A stretch of 55,534 nt of DNA from Pseudomonadota bacterium. Its GTDB lineage: Bacteria; Pseudomonadota; Alphaproteobacteria; Rhizobiales; Rhizobiaceae. Of this stretch, positions 20,546-30,395 are shown piece after piece (the first letter of the stretch is position 1; the number at the start of each line of letters is the position of its first letter). Both the position numbers and the translations under genes were made by a program. Below the pieces are notes generated by a model that worked only from the letters and a program-made list of their open reading frames with translations, was not told the origin of the DNA and ran no database searches. Location: assembly GCA_038530365.1 (NCBI GenBank), contig JBCBCT010000002.1:1-55534 (forward strand), written 5' to 3'.

Positions 20546-21589
20546 TTAGAACGCCAGTTGGACTTTCATGGCGGCTTTTCTGTTGGAGGCGAGTTCGAAG
20601 GCTTCTTTGGCGTCTTCTAACGCCATGCGATGGGAAATCAGCGGGCGCACGTCGATGGTCCCGTTTTGCATGAGGCGGACGGCGGTCTCAAATTCTTCGT
20701 GGAAGCGGAATGAACCGCGAAGATCGATTTCTTTGGCCGTCATCGCTTGCACCGGCAGCGTCATGTCTCCGCCGAGGCCCAGTTGCATGATGACGCTGCG
20801 TGGTCGCATGGCTGGAATCGCACCAACCAGCGCGGGGGCGGCTCCGGAACATTCAAACAGGACGTCAAACGTGCCCTTGCCCTTTGCATATTGGGACAGA
20901 CCGTCGGGCTGTTCGGCCATGTTGATCGTGTCGCTTGCGCCTATTTTTTGCGCGTAGCCCAGAGCTTCATCGCTGAGATCGGTGACCACGGTTTCAACCG
21001 CACCGGCGGCCTTTGCCACCAGAAGACACAGATTGCCGATGGGGCCTGCGCCGGTGATCAGGACCCGCTTCCCCATGAGATCGCCGGCGCGCTTGGCGCC
21101 ATGAAGACACACGGCGAGGGGTTCGGCCATCGCCGCTTCCCCGTCCGTCAAACCGTTGGCGGTCACGCATTGGGAGGCCAGGGCGGTGAGGGATTGGCGA
21201 AACGCGCCCTGGATGTGGGGGAAGGGCATGGCGGAGCCGTAAAAACGCATCGCTTCGCAATGGTTGTGCAGGCCTTCGCGGCAATAGCGGCATTGACCGC
21301 AGGGTCGGGAGGGTGACACGGCAACGAGATCCCCAACCGAAAGCCCATCGACGCCATGGCCCAAGCTTTTCACCCGCCCGGACACTTCGTGGCCGAGGAC
21401 CATGGGTTCGCGCAGCCGGATCGTGCCAAAGCCGCCGTGGTTGTAATAGTGCAGGTCGGACCCACAGATGCCGCCGACGGCCAGATCGATGAGCACCTCG
21501 CCGGCTTCGGGTTCCGAGGGCTGGGCCGTTTCAATGCGCAGGTCTTTTGCGTCGTGGATCACGATGGCTTTGGGTTTGTCTGTGGGCAT
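20546..21589 (-). CDS. idnD: L-idonate 5-dehydrogenase (Zn-dependent MDR family)
   Basis: GGICGSDLHYY, LGHE, CGQCRYC...NHC, MRFYGSAMPFPH, GSFRFHEEF; divergent from gluconate 5-dehydrogenase. Confidence 0.88.
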   Translation of the reverse strand: MPTDKPKAIVIHDAKDLRIETAQPSEPEAGEVLIDLAVGGICGSDLHYYNHGGFGTIRLREPMVLGHEVSGRVKSLGHGVDGLSVGDLVAVSPSRPCGQCRYCREGLHNHCEAMRFYGSAMPFPHIQGAFRQSLTALASQCVTANGLTDGEAAMAEPLAVCLHGAKRAGDLMGKRVLITGAGPIGNLCLLVAKAAGAVETVVTDLSDEALGYAQKIGASDTINMAEQPDGLSQYAKGKGTFDVLFECSGAAPALVGAIPAMRPRSVIMQLGLGGDMTLPVQAMTAKEIDLRGSFRFHEEFETAVRLMQNGTIDVRPLISHRMALEDAKEAFELASNRKAAMKVQLAF

Positions 21590-21701
21590 GGGGTCCTCAG
21601 GCAGGGGCCTTTGATGTCTTGGGGGGTCTCAGCGTGAAAATATGCCAAGGGCGCTCAGATGCTGTGCGTTTGCGGTCCTGTATACCCCACCGTTGTTGAC
21701 G

Positions 21702-21717
21702 ATGTTATCGATAACAT
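21702..21717. promoter_or_regulatory. LacI-family (GntR/IdnR-type) operator
   Basis: Perfect palindrome ATGTTATCGATAACAT between divergent idnD and idnO; fits ATGTTA-N4-TAACAT. Confidence 0.8.
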
Positions 21718-21809
21718 TTAACTGATTCAACTGGTTGGGGAGGGTTTAGGCGCAGGCTTGCGGCGTCTTTTCTCAACATTTTTTGCACCGCGCATTTATG
21801 GATCGTTCG

Positions 21810-22580
21810 ATGCCACATTTGGATTTGTTTGACTTAACCGGTCGGTGGGCGTTGATCACCGGATCATCCCAAGGCATCGGCTTTGCCTTGGCCAACGGCC
21901 TGGCGAAAGCCGGCGCAAACATCATCTTAAACGGGCGCGACCCTGCAAAGCTGGATGCGGCGGCGGAGACCCTTGCTGCACACGGTGGGTTGACGGCAAA
22001 ACTTGCCTTTGACGTGACGGATCACGGGGCGGCGAAGCGGGCAGTTGACAGCTTTGAGGCGGACAGCGGAGCCATCGATATCTGCATCAACAATGCCGGT
22101 ATGCAGCATCGCACGGCGCTTGAAGATTTTCCGCCGGAGGCGTTTGAGAAACTGCTTCAAACCAATATCAGCAGCGTGTTTAATGTCGGCCAAGCGGCGG
22201 CCAAACATATGATCGGGCGGGGTCGCGGTAAGATTATCAACATTGCCTCGGTTCAGACGGCTCTCGCCCGGCCGTCCATTGCGCCCTACACGGCGACCAA
22301 GGGGGCGGTTGGCAATTTGACCAAAGGCATGGCTACAGATTGGGCAAAGCACGGGCTGCAATGCAATGCCATTGCTCCGGGCTATTTCGATACACCGTTG
22401 AACGCAGCTTTGGTGGCCGATCCGGACTTTTCCGCCTGGCTTGAAAAGCGCACGCCCGCCGGGCGCTGGGGTAATGTGGAGGAATTGGTGGGCGCGGCCA
22501 TCTTCCTTGCCAGCGACGCATCGACGTTTGTAAACGGACACACGCTCTACGTGGACGGTGGTATCACGGCCTCGCTTTGA
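21810..22580 (+). CDS. idnO: Gluconate 5-dehydrogenase (SDR)
   Basis: LFDLTGRWALITGSSQGIG, NNAGMQHR, YTATKG, NAIAPGYF, WLEKRTPAGRWG. Confidence 0.88.
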   Translation: MPHLDLFDLTGRWALITGSSQGIGFALANGLAKAGANIILNGRDPAKLDAAAETLAAHGGLTAKLAFDVTDHGAAKRAVDSFEADSGAIDICINNAGMQHRTALEDFPPEAFEKLLQTNISSVFNVGQAAAKHMIGRGRGKIINIASVQTALARPSIAPYTATKGAVGNLTKGMATDWAKHGLQCNAIAPGYFDTPLNAALVADPDFSAWLEKRTPAGRWGNVEELVGAAIFLASDASTFVNGHTLYVDGGITASL

Positions 22581-23095
22581 TGGCTGGAAAGTTCGTCATC
22601 ATGGGCGTGGCCGGTTGTGGAAAATCGGCTGTTGGCGCGGCTCTTAGCGGCGCAACGGGGCTTCATTACATGGATGGGGATGATCTCCATCCCGCTGCCA
22701 ATATCGCCAAAATGTCTTCGGGCATTCCGCTGACTGATGAGGATCGCTGGCCCTGGCTTCAAGCGATTGGCGCACTGTTTGCCAAAACCGATGCCCCACT
22801 TGCCATTGGATGTTCGGCCCTCAAACGGACGTATCGGGATTTCATCATCGCGCATGCCGGTGACCCTGCTGATAGCCCGGTGGTGTTTATCTACCTTGAG
22901 GGATCGCGGGATTTGATCGGGTCGCGGATGGCGGATCGGGAAGGACATTTCATGCCAACGGCCCTGTTGGACAGTCAGTTTCAGGCGTTGGAGCCCCCGG
23001 CAGTGGACGAGCAGCATATCGTGGTTGATATTTCTCAATCCATTGATGCGATTGTGGCGGATGTTGTGGCTAAGCTTGCGCTCGATAAGCCTTGA
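22580..23095 (+). CDS. gntK: Gluconokinase (GntK/IdnK)
   Basis: MGVAGCGKS, DGDDLHPAANIAKM, PLTDEDRWPWL, CSALKRTYRD, HFMPTALLDSQF. Confidence 0.93.
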   Translation: MAGKFVIMGVAGCGKSAVGAALSGATGLHYMDGDDLHPAANIAKMSSGIPLTDEDRWPWLQAIGALFAKTDAPLAIGCSALKRTYRDFIIAHAGDPADSPVVFIYLEGSRDLIGSRMADREGHFMPTALLDSQFQALEPPAVDEQHIVVDISQSIDAIVADVVAKLALDKP

Positions 23096-23846
23096 GCCAG
23101 TTCAATCCAGCTTCGACGGTCTCGCCACGGGGTTTGTATTCTGCGCCCAGGTGGCCCTGGTAGCCTGCTTCTTCTATGACTTGAAACAGATACGGGTAGT
23201 TAAGCTCTCCGGTATCCGGTTCTCCCCGGTCGTGCACAGCTGCAAACTGCACATGGCCTATGTGGGCCATAGAGCTGCGGATGAGTGTTTCGAGATCGCC
23301 GTGGACGATTTGAGCATGGAACATGTCGAACATGACATGGACGTTTTGGGCCCCCACGGCCTCAATGGTTTTGATCGCTGTGTCGACCCGGCTCAGATGC
23401 GCGCCGGGCACAGATCGCGGGTTCAAAGGTTCGATGACAATGCGCAGCCCTTGGGCGCCTGCACGATCGGCAGCGTATTTTAGATTTTCGCGAAACACGG
23501 CTTCGGCACCGGCATCCCCGTGGGTGATGCCGGGAACCACATTAATGTGTCGCGCCTTGATGCTGCGCGCGTAACCCACGGCTTGATCGATAGCGTGGCG
23601 GGCTGCGTCCCGATGGTCTGCAAGGGCGGCAAGGCCGAAGAAGCCTTCGGGGCCCAACACGGTGTTGATCCCCAGCATGGACAGGTTGGTTTCGGCCAGG
23701 GTTTCGGCGATCTCTTCTGCGGCATGTTCGTAGGGGAAATGGCACTCTACGTCATCAAAACCCGCCGCTTTCGCCGCCCGAATTCGATCGGGCAGCGGAC
23801 GGTCTGTCCACAGAAAGCCTAAATTCGCGGAAACCTGTAGCACCAC
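23070..23846 (-). CDS. Hydroxypyruvate isomerase family (TIM barrel)
   Basis: SANLGFLW, GFDDVECHFPY, IEPLN, DMFH, HVQFA...RGEPDTGELNY, GAEYKP. Substrate not determinable. Confidence 0.85.
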   Translation of the reverse strand: MVLQVSANLGFLWTDRPLPDRIRAAKAAGFDDVECHFPYEHAAEEIAETLAETNLSMLGINTVLGPEGFFGLAALADHRDAARHAIDQAVGYARSIKARHINVVPGITHGDAGAEAVFRENLKYAADRAGAQGLRIVIEPLNPRSVPGAHLSRVDTAIKTIEAVGAQNVHVMFDMFHAQIVHGDLETLIRSSMAHIGHVQFAAVHDRGEPDTGELNYPYLFQVIEEAGYQGHLGAEYKPRGETVEAGLNWLKAYRAQA

Positions 23847-23858
23847 AGTCCAACAACC

Positions 23859-25034
23859 TTACAGGAAGCGGACGTAGTTGGGGGCTGGAAGATCATAGGT
23901 CTGGCCGGTCGCTGTAATCAGTCCGGTTTCGGGATTGCGTGCAAAGATTGTCAGGTTGGACGAATCCTGGTTGGCCACGATCACCGCCTTCCCACAGGGG
24001 GAGAGCGCAAAATGCCGGGGGAATTTTCCGCCCGTTGGCACCACATCAATGCGCTCCAGGCCCCCGTCTTCAAGGACTTTGAAGATCGCAAGCGTATTGT
24101 CCCCCCGGTTCGATACGTAAAGAAAGCGCGCGTCCGCAGACAGTTTGATTTCCGACACGTAGGAGACCTGATCCCGGTTCTCCAAGGTGGAGACGTATTG
24201 AACGGGCGTGAGGCGCTTTTTGGATTTTTCATGCTCCGATGCGTCGAGTTTGGCCACGCAGACCGTGTTGAACAACTCGTTGGAGATATAGCAAATGTCG
24301 AGGGTGGGGTGCATGGCCATATGGCGGGGACCGGAGCCGGCCTCAAACGCGATGTGGCCGTCGGGCGTCAGCTGTTTGGTTTCTGGATCATAGCAATATT
24401 GGAACACGGCGTTTTCGCCGAGGTCCGGGATGAACACCCAATCGCCCCAGAAATGCGCGCAATGGGCGTGGGGGCCAACCTGGCGGTTTTCCCAATGGTC
24501 TTCGCGGTATTCCACCTGCCGCCATTCGCCATCTTTGCGGCACAGCTGTTTGAAGCTCTGCAGCGTTTCGCCCAGCGTCCCGTCTTCGGAAACGTCAACG
24601 ACATCGACGATGGCATCCCAATAGTTGATCACGATGGCGGCATCTTTTTGGGGCGACAGCGCCAGATAGCACGTGGACTTCCCGTTTGCCCTAAAGGTGC
24701 CGGTGTGTTCGAGCTCTTTTTTGTCGTTGATGGTGAGCTGAAACACATCGCCATTGCTCTGGATCGTCTCAGCGATGGCATACATCATCCGGCCATTGGA
24801 ATGGGGGATGAGGACCGCCGGGTTCAACAGGGGCGTCGCGCCCGTTTCGTGGATGGTGCCGTCGGTTTCAAGCCTCAATGAATGAATGCCCTTGCCGGAT
24901 GTGGGCGCATAGGGCTGGTGCGCCAAAACGGTCTGGTCTGAATAGGTGCCGATCAAAACGGTGCACGCCTCATCCAGGGCAACTTTGCTGTCGGTGCTGT
25001 AATCTGCGGTGGTTTTATCAAGCATATCAATCAT
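23859..25034 (-). CDS. Lactonase, 6-phosphogluconolactonase (beta-propeller) family
   Basis: IGTY, PHAH, PDLG, GSGPRHM, NEL, FLYVSNRG, GGKFPRHF, ANQDS. Confidence 0.88.
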   Translation of the reverse strand: MIDMLDKTTADYSTDSKVALDEACTVLIGTYSDQTVLAHQPYAPTSGKGIHSLRLETDGTIHETGATPLLNPAVLIPHSNGRMMYAIAETIQSNGDVFQLTINDKKELEHTGTFRANGKSTCYLALSPQKDAAIVINYWDAIVDVVDVSEDGTLGETLQSFKQLCRKDGEWRQVEYREDHWENRQVGPHAHCAHFWGDWVFIPDLGENAVFQYCYDPETKQLTPDGHIAFEAGSGPRHMAMHPTLDICYISNELFNTVCVAKLDASEHEKSKKRLTPVQYVSTLENRDQVSYVSEIKLSADARFLYVSNRGDNTLAIFKVLEDGGLERIDVVPTGGKFPRHFALSPCGKAVIVANQDSSNLTIFARNPETGLITATGQTYDLPAPNYVRFL

Positions 25035-25771
25035 TACCCTCTTCCGACAAACGGCATGCCGTTAGCCATTACGTTGATGTTCAAAACGTTCACATCGTTT
25101 GGCAGCCCGGCCATGTAGACGATGGCATCGCAAACCGGCTTCACGCCGATCACCGGTTCGCCCATGGTTGAGCCGTCGGCCTGCAACACGCCCTGGCCCA
25201 TGGCATCGCCCATGGAGGAGGAGATGTTGCCGAGATCAATTTGGCCGCAGCAAATGCCGTATCGCCGACCGTCCAGGGCCAAGGATTTGGTCAGGCCGCT
25301 GATGGCGTGTTTGCTGGTGGTGTAGGCTGCTGAAAACAGGCGCGGCGTGGTGGCTGACACCGAGCCATTGTTGATGATGCGCCCACCGGTTTCCTGCTTG
25401 CGCATCTGCCCAAACGCGGCGCGGGCGGCATAAAATGCTCCGTTGACGTTGATGGAAATCAGCTTGTCCCAAACGTCAATGTCGAGTTCATCGGCGGGCA
25501 CGGCCGGGGCTGAAATGCCGGCATTGTTGAACAGGAAGTCGACGCGTCCGTGGTGTTCGACGGTTTTGTCGAAGAGAGACTGAACATCCTCGGCTTGGCT
25601 GACATCGCAGGCGATGGCCATGCCCGGGGTCTCAAGTTCCGCGACGGTTTCATCGAGCGCTGCCGGGGTTCGACCGGCGACGATGCAGGTCCATCCGTGT
25701 TTGCTGAGCGCGATCGCAGACGCGCGACCAATCCCGCCACCACCACCTGTGATGACCGCAACCTTCGACAT
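25034..25771 (-). CDS. Short-chain dehydrogenase/reductase
   Basis: TGGGGGIG, FNNAG, INNGSVSA, YTTSK. Confidence 0.9.
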   Translation of the reverse strand: MSKVAVITGGGGGIGRASAIALSKHGWTCIVAGRTPAALDETVAELETPGMAIACDVSQAEDVQSLFDKTVEHHGRVDFLFNNAGISAPAVPADELDIDVWDKLISINVNGAFYAARAAFGQMRKQETGGRIINNGSVSATTPRLFSAAYTTSKHAISGLTKSLALDGRRYGICCGQIDLGNISSSMGDAMGQGVLQADGSTMGEPVIGVKPVCDAIVYMAGLPNDVNVLNINVMANGMPFVGRG

Positions 25772-25797
25772 AGTAAGCTCCCTTTAGTCTGCCGTCT

Positions 25798-26745
25798 TTA
25801 GCCTTTGACCGCGCCCGCCGTCATTCCTGTGATGATTTGGCGTGAGGCAAGCAGCGTAAAAATAATGGGTGGTATGGCGAGGAGCATGCCGGTCGCCATG
25901 ATGACCCCCCACTCCACGTTAAATTCCGACATGTTGTTGACGATCAGGATGGGCACGGTTTTCGTGTCCCGGTCCGACAGGGCCGACGCTAAAAGGTACT
26001 CGTTCCACGCAATGCGGAAGGTGAAGATCGCCGCAGCGGCAAGGCCCGGTTTAATGAGCGGCAAAACCACCAAGAAGAAAACCTGGAATGGCCCTGCGCC
26101 ATCGACGCGGGCAGCCTCTTCCAGTTGGCGTGGCACCTGGACGATGAAACTTTGCAAAATCCAGATCACAAAGGGCAGGTTCATCGCCACATAGATGAGG
26201 ATGATGCCGCTGTGGGTGCCTGCGAGACACACATCGCCGCGGCCACCAAACGTGTCGCGGATCAAGCCGCCGATCAGGCCTTCCTTGTCGAAGCAAAACT
26301 CGTTGTTCCAAAGGCCAAACACCGGGACCAACAGAACCGCAGGTGGGACCATGCGCACCAGAAGTGTGGAGACGGAAACGGTGTCTCGACCCATGAAGCT
26401 GAACCGCACGAGGGCGTAGGCCGCCATGCAGCCGATGATGAGGGTGAGCACCGTGGAAATGAGCGCGATGATCAACGAGTTTATGAAAGCGCCACCAAAT
26501 TTCAGCGCGCAGAAATCAAGATGATCCGGCTCGTACCAAAGCAGGTCGCAGAGCGCGGTTTCATAGTTTCGGATGGTGGGCAGGAACAGCAGGCCTGATG
26601 TGCCCGAAATGATGTCCACATCCAGTTTGAAGGAGTTGATGAACATCAAAAAGATCGGCCCCACGGCCATGATGATCAGGCAGACGAGCAGCGCGTAAAA
26701 GGCTGGGTTTTGCCGTTCGTTATTGGCCGGACTTGCAGCGGACAT
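25798..26745 (-). CDS. Carbohydrate ABC transporter permease (MalG-like)
   Basis: EAA loop LEEAARVDGA, C-terminal GMTAGAVKG. Confidence 0.92.
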   Translation of the reverse strand: MSAASPANNERQNPAFYALLVCLIIMAVGPIFLMFINSFKLDVDIISGTSGLLFLPTIRNYETALCDLLWYEPDHLDFCALKFGGAFINSLIIALISTVLTLIIGCMAAYALVRFSFMGRDTVSVSTLLVRMVPPAVLLVPVFGLWNNEFCFDKEGLIGGLIRDTFGGRGDVCLAGTHSGIILIYVAMNLPFVIWILQSFIVQVPRQLEEAARVDGAGPFQVFFLVVLPLIKPGLAAAAIFTFRIAWNEYLLASALSDRDTKTVPILIVNNMSEFNVEWGVIMATGMLLAIPPIIFTLLASRQIITGMTAGAVKG

Positions 26746-27656
26746 TAGGCTTCCTCCTCAACCAAAGCGCGCTGGCGCTGGGCACGGGCTTCTTGCCAGC
26801 GGGTGAAGGCAAACATCGCTACGGTGAACACCATCAACAGCATCAGCAGATAGTTTGACATGGCAGCCGCCGTCCCCAGCTCGCGGAATTCAGTGGCGGT
26901 GCGGGAAATGCGCAGGGCCAGGATTTCCGTCGAGAGGCCCGGGCCGCCCTCGGTCATCACGAGGATCACTTCCAACACTTTGAACGCGTCGATGAGGCGA
27001 AGCAGGCAGGTCACGATGAGAACCGGCATCATCAGCGGCAACTTGATGTAAACGATCTGTTGCCAGGGCGTTGCGCCGTCGATGCGCGAGGCTTCCAGGG
27101 CAGATTTTGGCAAGGATTGAAGGGCGGCCAGGCTCAAAATGAAAATGAATGGGGTCCATTGCCAGATGTCGGCAATGATGACGGAGAGGAGCGCATGCTG
27201 GCCGAGCCAGTCCACGCCTTCCAAGCCCACGGATTCTAGCGTGCGGTTAAAGGTGCCCACGGTGGGATGGTACATGTAGCGCCACATGAGACCCACAACG
27301 ACGGGGGCGATCATCATGGGCAGGATGAACAGCGTGCGCAGGATGGACATGCCACGCAGGTTGCGGTCCAGAAGAAGAGCCAGGCCGACGCCCAGCAGCA
27401 TTTCAACGGACACGACAACGAAGGCGAAGATGAGGGTGACGGACAGGCTTTCCAGGAAAGCCGGGTCATTCAAGAGTTTGGTGTAATTGCCCAGACCTAT
27501 GAATTCGGCTTCAGAGATCGATTGGCTGGGGTCCCAGTCCAAAAAGCTGCCGTAGACCATGTAGCCCAGCGGATAGACCAGCGCGATCAGCATGATGACG
27601 GCGGCAGGCGCGATGAACACATACGGCGCTAATCTGTTGATGGCTGCGGTGCGCAT
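26745..27656 (-). CDS. Carbohydrate ABC transporter permease (MalF-like)
   Basis: FIGLGNY, DIWQWTPF, LEASRIDGA, TEGGPG. Confidence 0.92.
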   Translation of the reverse strand: MRTAAINRLAPYVFIAPAAVIMLIALVYPLGYMVYGSFLDWDPSQSISEAEFIGLGNYTKLLNDPAFLESLSVTLIFAFVVVSVEMLLGVGLALLLDRNLRGMSILRTLFILPMMIAPVVVGLMWRYMYHPTVGTFNRTLESVGLEGVDWLGQHALLSVIIADIWQWTPFIFILSLAALQSLPKSALEASRIDGATPWQQIVYIKLPLMMPVLIVTCLLRLIDAFKVLEVILVMTEGGPGLSTEILALRISRTATEFRELGTAAAMSNYLLMLLMVFTVAMFAFTRWQEARAQRQRALVEEEA

Positions 27657-27729
27657 ACTGAAAGGGCTTCTTGAAAAGGGGTCTTGAGGGACGGCTGTGC
27701 CGAGGGTTTGACGAACTGTTTTGGTGAGG

Positions 27730-27758
27730 GAGACGCGGCGACGTTGCCGCCGCGTCTC
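27730..27758 (-). other. Intercistronic stem-loop after the solute-binding protein gene
   Basis: GAGACGCGGCG-N7-CGCCGCGTCTC, 11-bp perfect stem with no clear T run; the mRNA-stabilising role is inferred from position. Confidence 0.6.
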
Positions 27759-27803
27759 AAGAGTTTGGGGGAAAGGCCCCCACGTCTCAGACGTTGAGAG
27801 GCA

Positions 27804-29132
27804 TTAGTTCCAGGTGTAGTACCCGGCCTCTTCCATCACAGCCTTTGTGCGGGCTGCGACGCCATCGAGGGCCTGTTTGATGTCCAGATCTTCGGTGAGA
27901 ACCTTTGAAAGCGTGGTGCCGAGGTCCGCGTTGATCTTGCCCCAAACAGGGATGATCGGACGCCAGTCTGGATCGGCGTGCTTCAGCGCCTGACCGAAGG
28001 TGGCCATGTGCGGGAACTTGGCGTTCACGTCAGCATCGGCATGGGTTGAGAAGCGCGATGGGTTACCACCGGCCAGGGCCACGAGTTTGTCGCCCTTTTT
28101 GGAGGTGAGCCACTGCATCAGCAGGAAGGCGGCTTCTTTGTTTTCGGCGTTCTTGGGAATGCCGATGCCGAAACCACCGGTTTGTGAACCGCGGCGTGTG
28201 CCCATGGGGTGCAGAGCCCAACCCACTTTGCCAACGACTTTTGATTTGCTTGGGTCGTTGATTTGACCGGCCACGACGGTTGTGTCGAGGAACATGGCGG
28301 TGTCGCCATTCAAGAAGGAGCCGAGCGCTTCACCGAACCCGAAGGATGCTGCGCCTTTGGGGCCGCAACCGACGATTTTCTTCAACGCTTCCGCCGCTTT
28401 CACACCGGCTGCGTTGTTGACGATGGGGTTCCATTTGTCGTCAAACACGCGCCCGCCCAGCGGTGCCAGGTGCAGCAAGAATGCGTGGGAAGCGTGGTGA
28501 CCGGAGGCTGCGCGGGAGGACAAACCACCCATGCCTGGCTCCAGCTGCGGAATCTTACAGGCGACGTCGAGCATCTCATCATAGGTCTCTGGAACCTTGA
28601 GATTGTGCTTCTCGAAAATGTCCTTGCGGTAGCCGAGAACCGATGTCTCGGAGCCGTAGGGAATGCCGAACAGTGAACCGGTCTTGCCCTGGAGATAGCC
28701 TTTGTTCCCGCCGGCGAAGCCGATGTTGTAAACGTAGCCGTCGATGAGATCATCGGCATTGTAGTTCGGGTCGGCCAGTTTCGGGTTCATGAAGTAGCGG
28801 GCCAGGTTTTCCAACTGGTCTGCGTAGACATAATCGGCTTTGGAAAACACGACGTAGGCGATGAGGTCGTAGTCGCCTTCGTCCTGTGCGAGTTCCAGCG
28901 TCTGACGCTCACGCATTTTGAGGTAAGGAAGCTGATCCACCTCCACCTTGATGCCGGTTTCCTTGGTGAATTCCGGCAGGATTTTCATCACGGCGTTGTA
29001 ATGCGGGTGAGCAGGGAAGTTCACGACCAAGGTCGTGCCTTCATAGGCCTTGTAGGGATTGGCGAGCGCAGTGCTGGCCAGCAGCGCAGCGCCTGTTACG
29101 GCCCCCGCCACAGTTTTCATAAGTGACAACAT
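27804..29132 (-). CDS. Carbohydrate ABC transporter solute-binding protein
   Basis: Signal peptide ending ALA, FTKETGIKVEV, YRKDIFEK...VPETYDEM; GGAGG upstream. Confidence 0.9.
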   Translation of the reverse strand: MLSLMKTVAGAVTGAALLASTALANPYKAYEGTTLVVNFPAHPHYNAVMKILPEFTKETGIKVEVDQLPYLKMRERQTLELAQDEGDYDLIAYVVFSKADYVYADQLENLARYFMNPKLADPNYNADDLIDGYVYNIGFAGGNKGYLQGKTGSLFGIPYGSETSVLGYRKDIFEKHNLKVPETYDEMLDVACKIPQLEPGMGGLSSRAASGHHASHAFLLHLAPLGGRVFDDKWNPIVNNAAGVKAAEALKKIVGCGPKGAASFGFGEALGSFLNGDTAMFLDTTVVAGQINDPSKSKVVGKVGWALHPMGTRRGSQTGGFGIGIPKNAENKEAAFLLMQWLTSKKGDKLVALAGGNPSRFSTHADADVNAKFPHMATFGQALKHADPDWRPIIPVWGKINADLGTTLSKVLTEDLDIKQALDGVAARTKAVMEEAGYYTWN

Positions 29133-29158
29133 AGATTCCTCCCTTGTTGCTGTTTGGT

Positions 29159-30244
29159 CTAGATCCGCTTTTCGGAGGTCTGGTCGAAAAGCATGATGTC
29201 TTCTGGCCGGACGTAAAAATCACGGCTTTCGCCGCTCTTTACGGGCCCGTCGCTTGGCGTTTCCACCAAGAGTTCAGCGCCGCCGCAGCGGGTGGCGAGT
29301 ACAGATTGTGAACCAAGGTATTCACTGACAACCACGTCGAGCGATATCGGGGCTGCACCGTTTTCTTGCGCCATGGAAATGTCCGACGGGCGCACGCCCA
29401 AAGACACTTTGCGGCTCGGCGCTTGTTCTGCGCGCTTGGCGGTCTCCATGGAAAGTGGCAACGCAAAACCATCTCCGATGGCTTTCATGTTGCTGCCATC
29501 GCCCTGAAGATCCGCATCCAAAAAGTTCATGGTGGGGCTGCCGATGAAGCCGGCGACAAATTTGTTGACCGGCTCTTTGAACAGCTCCTCCGGCGTCCCC
29601 TGTTGCTGGATGAGACCGTGATTCATCACCACAATGCGGTCGCCCAGCGTCATGGCCTCCACCTGATCGTGGGTGACGTAAATCATGTTTTTGTCGAGCT
29701 CGTTGCGCATTTCTGCCAACTCGGTGCGCATTTTGGCACGCAGTTTCGCATCGAGATTCGACAGCGGTTCGTCGAACAAAAACGTGCCGGCATCGCGAAC
29801 CAAAGCCCGGCCCATGGCGACGCGCTGGCGTTGCCCGCCCGACAGTTCCGCCGGTTTGCGCGCCAGCAAATGGCCGATGTTCAACATATTGGCCACGCGG
29901 TTCACACGTTCGTCGATCTGCGGTTGGGGCATTTTTTCCAACCGCAAAGCAAAGGACATATTCTTTGCGATGTTCATGTGAGGGTAGAGCGCGTAGTCTT
30001 GAAACACCATGGCGATGTCACGCTCTTTGGGCTCCAAACGGCTGATGGGCCGTTCGTCAAAATAGATTTCGCCTCCCGACAGAACTTCCAGTCCCGCCAG
30101 GATACGAAGGGTTGTGGACTTCCCGCAGCCGGATGGCCCAACCAAAACGGTGAATTCCCCATCGGGTAAGGACAAATCGAGGGGCGGCAACACGCGCACG
30201 CTGCCGTAGCTCTTCTCGACTTGCTCGAGGACAATCTGTGGCAA
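29159..30244 (-). CDS. Carbohydrate ABC transporter ATP-binding protein (MalK/UgpC-like)
   Basis: GPSGCGKST, FQDYALYPHM, LSGGQRQR, FDEPLSNLD, YVTHDQ. Confidence 0.95.
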   Translation of the reverse strand: MPQIVLEQVEKSYGSVRVLPPLDLSLPDGEFTVLVGPSGCGKSTTLRILAGLEVLSGGEIYFDERPISRLEPKERDIAMVFQDYALYPHMNIAKNMSFALRLEKMPQPQIDERVNRVANMLNIGHLLARKPAELSGGQRQRVAMGRALVRDAGTFLFDEPLSNLDAKLRAKMRTELAEMRNELDKNMIYVTHDQVEAMTLGDRIVVMNHGLIQQQGTPEELFKEPVNKFVAGFIGSPTMNFLDADLQGDGSNMKAIGDGFALPLSMETAKRAEQAPSRKVSLGVRPSDISMAQENGAAPISLDVVVSEYLGSQSVLATRCGGAELLVETPSDGPVKSGESRDFYVRPEDIMLFDQTSEKRI

Positions 30245-30269
30245 GCCTTCCTCCCTCGGCTCGTCATAT

Positions 30270-30283
30270 TGTTATCGATAACA
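30270..30283. promoter_or_regulatory. LacI-family operator, same core as 21702-21717
   Basis: Palindrome TGTTATCGATAACA between the ABC operon and the LacI genes. Confidence 0.8.
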
Positions 30284-30327
30284 TGACTTGCTATGGCCAA
30301 CTTGAACAGGCGTTAAAACGTGAAAGG

Positions 30328-30343
30328 ACGTTAGCGCTAACGT
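30328..30343. promoter_or_regulatory. Second LacI-family operator type
   Basis: Perfect palindrome ACGTTAGCGCTAACGT with central CG. Confidence 0.7.
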
Positions 30344-30395
30344 TCGTTGCGTCATTTTGCGTAAATTGCTGAACTTCAACGGAATTTCATGTTTT

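Noticed and set aside
23070-23095. Convergent 3' overlaps (gntK/hyi 26 bp; fnr/hemN 15 bp at 33380-33394)
   Set aside because: Short convergent overlaps are common and not evidence of a special mechanism.
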